Shown here one piece after another: positions 55,770 to 64,000 of a stretch of DNA of 64,000 bases. Below the pieces are notes generated by a model. The model had not been told where the DNA came from, searched no databases, and was given only the letters and a program-made list of their open reading frames with translations. Source of the stretch: Bdellovibrio sp. (GTDB taxonomy: Bacteria; Bdellovibrionota; Bdellovibrionia; Bdellovibrionales; Bdellovibrionaceae); assembly GCA_036676395.1 (NCBI GenBank), contig JAKFCY010000002.1, positions 992,001 through 1,056,000 of the forward strand, read 5' to 3'. Position 1 is the stretch's first letter. Each line of letters starts with the position of its first letter. The translations under genes were made by a program, and so were the position numbers.

Positions 55770-58577
55770 CTAGAAGATACCGACTGACAAATGAAAAGCC
55801 CCTTCTGACTCGTAGCTCTTTCTGTCGAGCTTTCGGGCATATTCTAAATTAAGCGGACCCACTGGCGTATTGTAGCGTAAGCCTACTCCGGCAGCATCGC
55901 GGTAACGGTCTTCGAATGAAATATGGTCAACAATCACTTCGCCGCCGTCGTAAAACACAGCCCCAGCCAAGTTTTCAGAGCCAAACAGCGGAAATCTGAA
56001 TTCAGATTTGATTAATTGGTAAACTGAATAATTGTCTAAACGGTAGCTGGCCGGTAACTGTAAATTAGTGGTCGGGAAAAATTCGCTCGATTCAAAACCC
56101 CGGATTGTGCTTCTGCCGCCTAAAATAAAACCTTTTTTATCAAAGGGAACACCAAATTCATGCGTGCCCAGAGTTTTAACATAACCGGCACGGTAAGAGT
56201 TAACCCAGATCAAACCTTTTTCTTCCCAAATGGGGCTGTAAAGTGTGAACTGGCCGGTGGCGCGGTAAAAATCATCGACATTGTGATTACCCTCGGATGA
56301 ATATTCTAAAGTCAGGCGTGTCCAGTGGCCATCGGTCGGGTTTAAAATATTATCACGGTAATCAATATCAATTGTTGGCCCGATGGTGACGATCACCAGA
56401 TCTTGGCGGGTATAGCCAAATTTAATTTCATCGTCTTTATCAATGCCTTCATCGACGTAATTAGAAATGTTGGGTAATTCAAAAATTCCGGTAATGTGAG
56501 ATGTAAAATCCTGTTCAAACGAAAACACTGTTTGATTGGTGATCGTTGATTTACGAATGCTGATATCTGAAATTTCGCGGGCTGTGGTGTAGTTCACGCG
56601 AAAACGCGCGCGGGTATCAAATAAATAAGGTTCAAGGTATCCAGCAGTGGCTTTATATTCGACAAAGTTAATAATTTCAGGATTGTACTTAGCTTCACCT
56701 CTGAGTGAAGCCCCACGGCCCCAGCCGCCGATATTGCGATAAGCGATGCCGGCAAAGCCATGCAGAGTTAAATTATTTTCGTTAGTTATACCGGCACCTG
56801 CGGTAAAAACGCCGGGCTTACGTTCGTTGACGCGCACGACGACCGTGCGCTCTTGCGTGCTGGTGTTGGCTTCAAGCGTGTAAATTTCAATGGTCGAAAA
56901 ATGACCCGTTCGTTGTAAGCGGGTGGTTGATTCATCAAGTTTAGTCGGTGTTAAAAGTTCGCCGACTTTAAAATCAAGTTCAGTTAAGATCAGTTTAGCG
57001 TGAGTCATGTCGTTACCTTCGATTAAAATCGAACCAACGCGAATTTGCGGACCTTCGAAAATATCTACACGAATTGAAGCTTCAGTTAAACTGTCAGAGT
57101 ATTGAATTAGATTTTTATTTTCAGACAGTAATTTTGATTCGATAAACCCATTATCAGCATAAAACACTTTTAAATTATTTAAAGCCGTTTCAAGTTCGAT
57201 CAGGCTAAGTTTTTGCCCGGTTTGCAGAGCTAAAACTTCGTTAATTTTATCTGTCGAAAAAAACTTATTGCCAGTGATGGTGATCTTATCAATTGTTGCC
57301 TGTGGGCCTTCTTCGATTTGTAAAACCACAAGGGCTTTATTTGACCTGCGGTTTTCTGAGCCGACTTGAATACGAGAAAGTTTTGCGTTTACAAACCCTT
57401 CATTCTGAAGATAAGTGATCAGATTTTTGGCGGCCTGTTCGACATCAGCCTGAATTAAAACGTGTTCTTGGGTTTTAGATGAAGATAATTTTTCGAACAA
57501 ATTAACATAATACTTTTCTGGTCGAGAAATATTACCAATGACTGAAATTTTATTAATTTTAACCAGGGGGCCTTCATTGACATTTAAGGTGATAATATTT
57601 AATTCACCTTCTTTACGTTCGAAATGTAAAACTTCGCAGAAAGCGTAACCTTCAGCCAGGTAGCGTAATCTGATTTTTTCGGCCAAATCCGAACCAAAGT
57701 TTTGATCGCTGGTAAAGTACTCATCAAGTTTTAAGACTTCGTTAAACAAAACCGGTTTATTAATTGAAAGTTCATTGGCATCTTTATGCTGAAACCGCTG
57801 GCCAATGATTTCAATTTTATACTTTGGCAGCGGTGTTAACTTAAAATTTAAACGGGTGCGCTGTTCATCGGCACTAAACGTGATCGACGGCGAAGGAATA
57901 TTTACTAGGTAATAACCTTCTGCATTTAAAGATTTTCTTAAACTTTTGCTGACGGTCTTAAGATTGGTGTCAGATAAAATTTTACCTTTACCGTTCCAGG
58001 TAAAATCGCGTTCAATTTTAAGGGTTTCATCGGCAGGTAAACCATCGATTTTAATCTCAGAAATCCTGGTTTTTTTGCCAGAGTTAACATCAATAAATAC
58101 TTCGCGGGTTGTCGTGCTTTTGTTGACGATGCGCGAACTAATCTGCACCTTGCGGTACCCGATATTTTTAAAATAATTTTGCAGACGTTCAACCGCCGCA
58201 GCAATTTTGTTTTCGTCCTGAGCGTCGGCTAAGTTTAAAGCTAATATTTCTAAAGCCTCTTCTTCATCGATTTCATTAAGATTTGTGAAGTTAATGGCTT
58301 CAACTTTTGAGCTTAAGGTGCCGACTAAATAAAGTTCATCATCTTTTTCAACGACTTTAAGCTGGGTAAAATTAAGGTCGCGGTGGATATCTTTGATTAA
58401 GACTGAAATTTCTTCGGCAGTAAAACTTTTCTGTAGTAAAGCCGGGTGCTTTTTTGCCAGCGGCGCTATGATATCTGCCGGCCAGTCATTCAGATTGAAC
58501 GCAGGATATGTCTGTGCAAACGCAGGGCGCACGATGAATAAAAATAGCAAAGAGCATAATAAGCTTTTAGTTAGCAC
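55770..58577 (-). CDS. tamA: Omp85-family translocation and assembly module protein (TamA/BamA-like)
   Basis: Multiple POTRA repeats; LGG..TIRGF; YNTPVGPL; C-terminal F; coupled to tamB. Confidence 0.85.
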   Translation of the reverse strand: MLTKSLLCSLLFLFIVRPAFAQTYPAFNLNDWPADIIAPLAKKHPALLQKSFTAEEISVLIKDIHRDLNFTQLKVVEKDDELYLVGTLSSKVEAINFTNLNEIDEEEALEILALNLADAQDENKIAAAVERLQNYFKNIGYRKVQISSRIVNKSTTTREVFIDVNSGKKTRISEIKIDGLPADETLKIERDFTWNGKGKILSDTNLKTVSKSLRKSLNAEGYYLVNIPSPSITFSADEQRTRLNFKLTPLPKYKIEIIGQRFQHKDANELSINKPVLFNEVLKLDEYFTSDQNFGSDLAEKIRLRYLAEGYAFCEVLHFERKEGELNIITLNVNEGPLVKINKISVIGNISRPEKYYVNLFEKLSSSKTQEHVLIQADVEQAAKNLITYLQNEGFVNAKLSRIQVGSENRRSNKALVVLQIEEGPQATIDKITITGNKFFSTDKINEVLALQTGQKLSLIELETALNNLKVFYADNGFIESKLLSENKNLIQYSDSLTEASIRVDIFEGPQIRVGSILIEGNDMTHAKLILTELDFKVGELLTPTKLDESTTRLQRTGHFSTIEIYTLEANTSTQERTVVVRVNERKPGVFTAGAGITNENNLTLHGFAGIAYRNIGGWGRGASLRGEAKYNPEIINFVEYKATAGYLEPYLFDTRARFRVNYTTAREISDISIRKSTITNQTVFSFEQDFTSHITGIFELPNISNYVDEGIDKDDEIKFGYTRQDLVIVTIGPTIDIDYRDNILNPTDGHWTRLTLEYSSEGNHNVDDFYRATGQFTLYSPIWEEKGLIWVNSYRAGYVKTLGTHEFGVPFDKKGFILGGRSTIRGFESSEFFPTTNLQLPASYRLDNYSVYQLIKSEFRFPLFGSENLAGAVFYDGGEVIVDHISFEDRYRDAAGVGLRYNTPVGPLNLEYARKLDRKSYESEGAFHLSVGIF

Positions 58578-61500
58578 TATTTAAACTCCTTCTTATATTC
58601 GAGATCCACGCCGTAATTACCTTTATCGTTTTCATTATTTTGAATAATGCTGGTTTCATTAGTGTCTGTCTGATTTTGATAATTTAAATTCAGCGAGTAA
58701 TCAGGGTGAAACAGCCATTGTAATTTTACTTCATTACTTTGTTGTGAACCGGTCAAGGGTCTTGAATACGAAGCATTGATTTTTTTAGTGATTTTACGGC
58801 TGACCACCACTTTAGGAACCGCAATATTTTTAGTTGAATCAACTGAGGGAGCAATTTGTACGTTAAGGCCCAATTTTTCTTGAATCTGCTTATTAAATTT
58901 AGACTGATTAGAAATAGCCGCAATCACTTCAAGACCGGTTTGTTTTTGCTGGGTATCTGAAGTTAAGTTTTGGTCTTGTTTGGCAGAGGTAAAACCTAAA
59001 GCTAATAATGAAAAGATATCATTTTCACTTAACGGTGGTTGCGACGTCGGTTTGATTGACAGGGTTTTAGCCTGGCCCGAAATCAATAAAGTGATGTCGT
59101 AATCACTGACCCGTGAACTGGCGTTTAAAAAGATTTCGGGATTTATATCAGCCGTTTTTTGATCGCCGGGGTTGAAAATCACAAAACCGGTTAAAATATC
59201 AAAGGGCTTATCTTTAAAGATAAGTTTACTGCCCTGGGCGATATCAACACGGCCAGTGATAATCGGAATTTCAGGTGAGCCGGTAATGCGTAATTCGCCA
59301 GTGGCTGTGCCTTCTAAGATCGAATTTTTAATAATAATCCCTTTAGAAAATTTAGGATTCACATCCAGTAACAGTGTAGGGCTTTGTTGGTTTAGCTGTT
59401 GCGGGGGCAGATAACGGCTTGGTGCCAGCGTCAGCTTCATATCCTCGTCGCCGCCAGAGAATTCTTTAGTCACTAAGCCCTGGTCAATGTTGTAATCAAT
59501 TTTTAACGTGTACGGAATCCATGACCCTAAGATCTTAACTTTGACTAAACCCGATGTTTGCATTTGCGGCGGAAACTCTAAATCAACGCGCGAACTTTCA
59601 GCCTGTATATTAATATCAATATTTTGGGTGCCTAAAAAATTAATAAATCCAAATCCTGTAATAGGTGATTGGTTTAATTGCGCTTGTACATTTGAAATAA
59701 TTAATTTCGACTGTGAAAAATCAAGGGCTGCGTTGATTTCTTTAATCGGGTACGGAAACCCTTTGAATTGCACAACCCCGTTTTTAAGAGCGCCGTCGCC
59801 GGCTAAAGATAATTTATGCGAATTTAAATTTAGACCGAAATCAAATTCAAGCTGACCATTTAGATTTTCTAAAAACGGCACTAAAAATTGTAACGGGCGC
59901 AGTAAAATTTTGCCGTTAAAATGAATCACCGAGTTTTGTTGGCTAATATCAAGGTTTTGATCGGCGCCACGCAGGCTAATCGGCGTCAGCGTTTTTAACC
60001 CAGAGGCAAAAATAATTTCACTGGGGCGTTGTAATTTTAAAGTCTGGTTGCTTCGCTGTAATAAAAAATTATTCAGCTTAATAAAACCTTTTAAAGTTGT
60101 TAGATCGATCTTACGCGAGCGCAAATCGACCTCGGCAGTAACCAGCGCCGTTGTATCGACTGACGGAGGCGGAATTTTAATCAACGGCAAAAACGTCAGG
60201 GGATTTAAATCACGTAACTGCGCTTTAATAATAAAATCATGGCTATCATTAAATGGCAGTTGCAGTGCTGTTTGGGCTTGGCGGCCAAACACCTGGCCAT
60301 TAAAACTTAAGAAGTTTCTATTAATAATCACATCACCCTGGCTTGATAAGAGCGATTGGCCTTCGATGGTGAAATCACGCAATGAAGTTTGGCCAGAGAT
60401 CTGAATGCGATCAATCGTTTCTGTGACTTTGCCATTCAGAGATATTAAGCCCGTTGATTTGGGTAAAAGTTTAACAAAGTGATCTACTTCTTCGGCGCGT
60501 AAATTTTGTGAAGTAATATCTAAATTGAAACGGGGATCGTTTTGTTGGGTGTCAATGTGCCCGCCAACGATAATTTGGCCAGAAGGCTTAGTTAATAACA
60601 CGCGATCAAAATTTACTTTTTCGCCAGTAGCATTAAGATTTGCAATCAATTGATTAAAAGACTCTTCAGCAACAGCACCGCGATTAAGTTCTGCCTGTAA
60701 GCTGTATTTCATTTTCCAGAAGTCTAACGGGCCAGAAAAAGCCATGGCTCCTTGGCCTTGGCCAGTCAGCGTAAAAGGCAGATAAAAACGATCTTTTAAA
60801 ATCGAGATTACGCTTTTTCCGTAAAGTTTTGGAAGTTTAACATCACCATTAATAGAAGAATCTTGAAAATTTATTTCAAGGCCCCCGTTGTACAGACTTT
60901 TTTCGATTTCGCCCGAGATATTATGCAATGTTAAGGCAGAGGCTTTATAACCTAGATCGCCCGAGATATTGCCAAGGTGAAATTTGTCGATATCAAAGTT
61001 TTTAGCATTAAGTTTTGCATTAATAACGCCCCAGTCTGTTGTGCCATTGGTGTTCAGTTCGCCAGAGATAAGACCTTTTAAATTAAGATGGGCTAAATTG
61101 TCGATATGAGCTAATTCAAAGTTCGTCGCTTTAAACTTCATATCAAAGCCCTCATCGAATCCAACTTTACCGGTTGCGATGAACTCAGATGTGGCAAGCT
61201 TTGCCTGCGCCTCGTAAGCGACACCTTGTAAATTTAAGTTAACTTTGCCGCCGACCAGGGCTTTTTTAACCTGCACGATGTATTTATCATTTTTAAGACT
61301 GGATTTGACCCAGATGTTTTCAGCGATGATTTTAGTATCGCAATTAGAATCAAAGGGTAAAAGCTGGCCTGTGCAATTTGCTAAAACCGAGGCATTCAAG
61401 TCAGCAGGAATATTTTTTAGTTCAAGTGAGTTAAATAATTTTTGTAAGTTAAATTGGCTAACCTGAACTTTGCTTTTAAATTTAAACGGCTTTTCTTGGC

Positions 61501-62560
61501 TAAATTGCACATCAGTTAAGTGCGCCTGGCCCGCTGGGTGATCAAGGTTGATTTCGTCAAAGGCCACGTTATTGTCTTTAAAATTCATTTTAATTTCGGC
61601 ATTGCCGAACTTGATAAAATTGAATTTCAGGTTTTCGGTTTGTAATAAGAAGTGTCCAGAATTTTTTGTAAAGCCTGCACCTTGCAATTGGCCAGAAAAT
61701 TTTAATTGGCCTAAGATCTGTGGCAGGCGCCGATTTGTCGTATCGAAAAAGTAATAAAATGGTTTTAAGTTTTCAAAGATAAGGGTGCCATTCGTTTTAA
61801 CAGCGAATTCAGGCTTAATCATCGCCATTCTAAAGTTATTTAAAGTGCCGCTGGCATTAATAAATGAGTTTTCAACTTTTGAAGTTAATTTATGTAATTC
61901 AAGTTTGTTTTCGCTTAATGACGCCTGCCCGGATAGACGTATTGTTGCCCCGGTGATTTTAGAAATATTTTTTGTAACCAGTTCATGTTCAGAATCAGAT
62001 AAGGCGATAACCAGGGTTTTCTGTTGATTAGCGACAGTGAGTAAATCGATATTTGATTTAAGCTGAGCCGCCTGGCTTTGAATTTCGAAAGTGAGCTGCG
62101 TGTCGTTGATCACGACTTTATCGACGGGAATTTTAGGTAATAATTTAAATAACGGCTTTAGATCAATTTCTTTGTTATCAGTTTTAGGTGTTAAGTTTAA
62201 AACCGTTTCATTTAAATTAATTTTAGCATCATCTAAACGTAAGTAAGATATATTAAGTTGCCCGATTAATAAATTAAACGGGTCAATTTGCAGGCGAACA
62301 CTTGGAACCGTTACTGTATTGCTGGCATCTTTATTTAAAGTAACACTAATATCGTTGGCATAGGCCTGAAGTTTAATTAAAGAAAAATCCAGAGTGCCAA
62401 CTTCTAGTTTAACCAGGTCTTGCATTTGATTAAGTTTAGGAACTTGGTCTTTTACGGTTTTTAAAACCCAGGGTTTGATCGTGGTTAACCACAATACACC
62501 CAAAAGCGCTAATGAAACAGCCGGCGTTAAAGCCAGACTAATCTTGGTGGAACTCTTCAC
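58577..62560 (-). CDS. tamB: TamB (AsmA-like, DUF490)
   Basis: N-terminal TM anchor, long beta-rich body, SQPPLSENDIFSLLALG. Confidence 0.88.
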   Translation of the reverse strand: MKSSTKISLALTPAVSLALLGVLWLTTIKPWVLKTVKDQVPKLNQMQDLVKLEVGTLDFSLIKLQAYANDISVTLNKDASNTVTVPSVRLQIDPFNLLIGQLNISYLRLDDAKINLNETVLNLTPKTDNKEIDLKPLFKLLPKIPVDKVVINDTQLTFEIQSQAAQLKSNIDLLTVANQQKTLVIALSDSEHELVTKNISKITGATIRLSGQASLSENKLELHKLTSKVENSFINASGTLNNFRMAMIKPEFAVKTNGTLIFENLKPFYYFFDTTNRRLPQILGQLKFSGQLQGAGFTKNSGHFLLQTENLKFNFIKFGNAEIKMNFKDNNVAFDEINLDHPAGQAHLTDVQFSQEKPFKFKSKVQVSQFNLQKLFNSLELKNIPADLNASVLANCTGQLLPFDSNCDTKIIAENIWVKSSLKNDKYIVQVKKALVGGKVNLNLQGVAYEAQAKLATSEFIATGKVGFDEGFDMKFKATNFELAHIDNLAHLNLKGLISGELNTNGTTDWGVINAKLNAKNFDIDKFHLGNISGDLGYKASALTLHNISGEIEKSLYNGGLEINFQDSSINGDVKLPKLYGKSVISILKDRFYLPFTLTGQGQGAMAFSGPLDFWKMKYSLQAELNRGAVAEESFNQLIANLNATGEKVNFDRVLLTKPSGQIIVGGHIDTQQNDPRFNLDITSQNLRAEEVDHFVKLLPKSTGLISLNGKVTETIDRIQISGQTSLRDFTIEGQSLLSSQGDVIINRNFLSFNGQVFGRQAQTALQLPFNDSHDFIIKAQLRDLNPLTFLPLIKIPPPSVDTTALVTAEVDLRSRKIDLTTLKGFIKLNNFLLQRSNQTLKLQRPSEIIFASGLKTLTPISLRGADQNLDISQQNSVIHFNGKILLRPLQFLVPFLENLNGQLEFDFGLNLNSHKLSLAGDGALKNGVVQFKGFPYPIKEINAALDFSQSKLIISNVQAQLNQSPITGFGFINFLGTQNIDINIQAESSRVDLEFPPQMQTSGLVKVKILGSWIPYTLKIDYNIDQGLVTKEFSGGDEDMKLTLAPSRYLPPQQLNQQSPTLLLDVNPKFSKGIIIKNSILEGTATGELRITGSPEIPIITGRVDIAQGSKLIFKDKPFDILTGFVIFNPGDQKTADINPEIFLNASSRVSDYDITLLISGQAKTLSIKPTSQPPLSENDIFSLLALGFTSAKQDQNLTSDTQQKQTGLEVIAAISNQSKFNKQIQEKLGLNVQIAPSVDSTKNIAVPKVVVSRKITKKINASYSRPLTGSQQSNEVKLQWLFHPDYSLNLNYQNQTDTNETSIIQNNENDKGNYGVDLEYKKEFK

Positions 62561-63621
62561 GATTTCCACTCCACTAACAGGGCTTCAGCAGAGCGGTAAA
62601 AAGGAACAACTTGTAAAATGCTTTCCATTAAGCGGATCGCGAGGTCTTTTTTGCCTAAACCGTGGTAAGCAATCGCTTTTAAATAAGTAGCGCCAAAAGC
62701 GGTGTCGGTCGACTGGCTTTCTTGATTTTCAAGATATTCTAAAATATGCAGCAGCTCTAAGTATTTTCCGGCCTCTAAGAGCGCTTCAGCGCGCAGCCAG
62801 TTTCTGGCAGATGTTTCTGGAGCTTTTTCTAAAACGTTTAAACAGGCTTCATATAATTCAAACTGAAAAGCCAAGATAGCTAAATTGTATAATTGATCAG
62901 GCTGATTTTGTTTTAAATCGTCAGCGATTTTCATGATGTTAGCGTGCATTTCAGTTAAAAACTGTTCGTTGTTCGCACTTTTATCAAGGCTGGTTTTTGG
63001 TTTAACGAGCACACGTTTTGAAATGACCCGCTCTAAGATTTCGTCGGCTTTTTTTTCTAAGTGGGCTTGTTTTAATAAACCGATCTCTAAATCTTGTGGG
63101 TACAGTTTAGTTAACTGCTGGATGACGGCTTCTTCTTGGTCTTGCAATTGCGCCGTACGATAGTGATTGAGTTGTTCGATCAATCTGGTTTTCTGGCGCA
63201 GACGATCTTCGGTGTAATTTTTTTGAATCTCTTTTAATTCTTTCGCGACACTGACTGAAAAAGTTTTTACGAAAGGTTGCTGTAGGGCAGTGGCTTCGAA
63301 AGGTTGTTTTTCGATGATCTCTTCGCAAACATTAAAGGCCTGGTCAGTGATCGGTTTATTTTGCTTTGATAAAGCTTCAATCAAAAAGCCTGTCGGAAAT
63401 AATCCGATTTTTCCGCGTTCGACACATTTTACATAAAGTTTTTTTAATAAATCAAACCGACCGCAGGTGATTAAAAAATGCGAAAGCCCTTCAATCTCTG
63501 AAGGGCTTAGAACTTCCATTTTTTCGTATTTAGCGACTAGCTCGCGGCTGACAAACTCGGTCGAGGTGCCCTCTTGAAAGTAATTATGAATTTCAATTTC
63601 GAGGCTGTTTGTTCCGGCCAA
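62557..63621 (-). CDS. TPR protein (Bd2492-like)
   Basis: C-terminal TPRs (YLKAIAY...A...PFYRSA); lies between efp and tamB. Confidence 0.7.
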   Translation of the reverse strand: MAGTNSLEIEIHNYFQEGTSTEFVSRELVAKYEKMEVLSPSEIEGLSHFLITCGRFDLLKKLYVKCVERGKIGLFPTGFLIEALSKQNKPITDQAFNVCEEIIEKQPFEATALQQPFVKTFSVSVAKELKEIQKNYTEDRLRQKTRLIEQLNHYRTAQLQDQEEAVIQQLTKLYPQDLEIGLLKQAHLEKKADEILERVISKRVLVKPKTSLDKSANNEQFLTEMHANIMKIADDLKQNQPDQLYNLAILAFQFELYEACLNVLEKAPETSARNWLRAEALLEAGKYLELLHILEYLENQESQSTDTAFGATYLKAIAYHGLGKKDLAIRLMESILQVVPFYRSAEALLVEWKS

Positions 63622-63642
63622 AACCGATCCTTGGTTTTAAAT

Positions 63643-64000
63643 TTATTTTTGACTTACGCGCTCTACGTAAGCGTCTTCTGTAGTATCAATTCTTAAAATA
63701 TCGCCTTCGTTGATATGAAGAGGAACGTTAACTACTAATCCGGTTTCCATAGTTGCATGTTTTGTCGCGCCAGTTACACGGTCACCTTTGATGCCGGGCT
63801 CTGTTTGAGCTACTTTCATGTTAATAGCTTTTGGAAACTCTACGTTCACTGGTTTATCGTTATAGATTGTGATAAATACCGCTAAATTTTCGATTAGATA
63901 ATTTTTAGCATCGCCGACTTCGTGATCCATCATGCAAATTTGTTCGTAGTTGGCTTGATTCATAAAATTATAACCGTTGTCGTCTTTGTATAAATAAGTC
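63643..64000 (-). CDS. efp: elongation factor P (5' end beyond window edge)
   Basis: YLYKD...FMN...YEQ, TEPGIKGD, METG...VP..I..GD...IDT...YVER. Confidence 0.95.
   Translation of the reverse strand, partial: TYLYKDDNGYNFMNQANYEQICMMDHEVGDAKNYLIENLAVFITIYNDKPVNVEFPKAINMKVAQTEPGIKGDRVTGATKHATMETGLVVNVPLHINEGDILRIDTTEDAYVERVSQK

Noticed and set aside
59172..62690. Series of short plus-strand ORFs
   Set aside because: Antisense shadows of tamB.
1..64000. CRISPR array, transposase, integrase, reverse transcriptase, prophage genes
   Set aside because: No repeat-spacer array or matching motifs seen; the two Cas2-fold-like proteins have no cas neighbours.

Overview
Gene-dense, AT-rich bacterial chromosome segment, most consistent with a predatory Bdellovibrionota (Bdellovibrio/Pseudobdellovibrio-like) genome. 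That assignment is inferred from the efp-TPR-tamB-tamA locus, two L,D-transpeptidases, many secreted hypotheticals and an HTH/DUF4423-like regulator. The right third (44-64 kb) is core: tRNA-Lys/Glu, purA, serA-like, class V aminotransferase, lptE-holA, prpDBC, tamAB, efp. The left two-thirds is a mosaic of accessory genes. Several elements are missing from the ORF track. (1) A candidate peptide-signalling module: an operator array, a secreted protein, an HTH regulator, an unannotated 45-aa signal-peptide + Gly-rich micro-peptide and an EamA transporter (26.7-29.2 kb). (2) A 14-codon leader peptide with mutually exclusive hairpins over the RBS of an rsgA-type GTPase. (3) Twin TATTGC-N8-GCAATA boxes near a Fur-family gene, one in front of a GcvH-like protein lacking its lipoyl-Lys. 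(4) An integrase-less islet at the tRNA-Glu 3' end with a coupled 2-TM + Cas2-fold-like gene pair. (5) An orphan HTH antitoxin flanked by palindromes, and a K+-channel gene remnant. No CRISPR array, rRNA, transposase or integrase was seen. Family assignments are from motif recognition by eye, not database searches.
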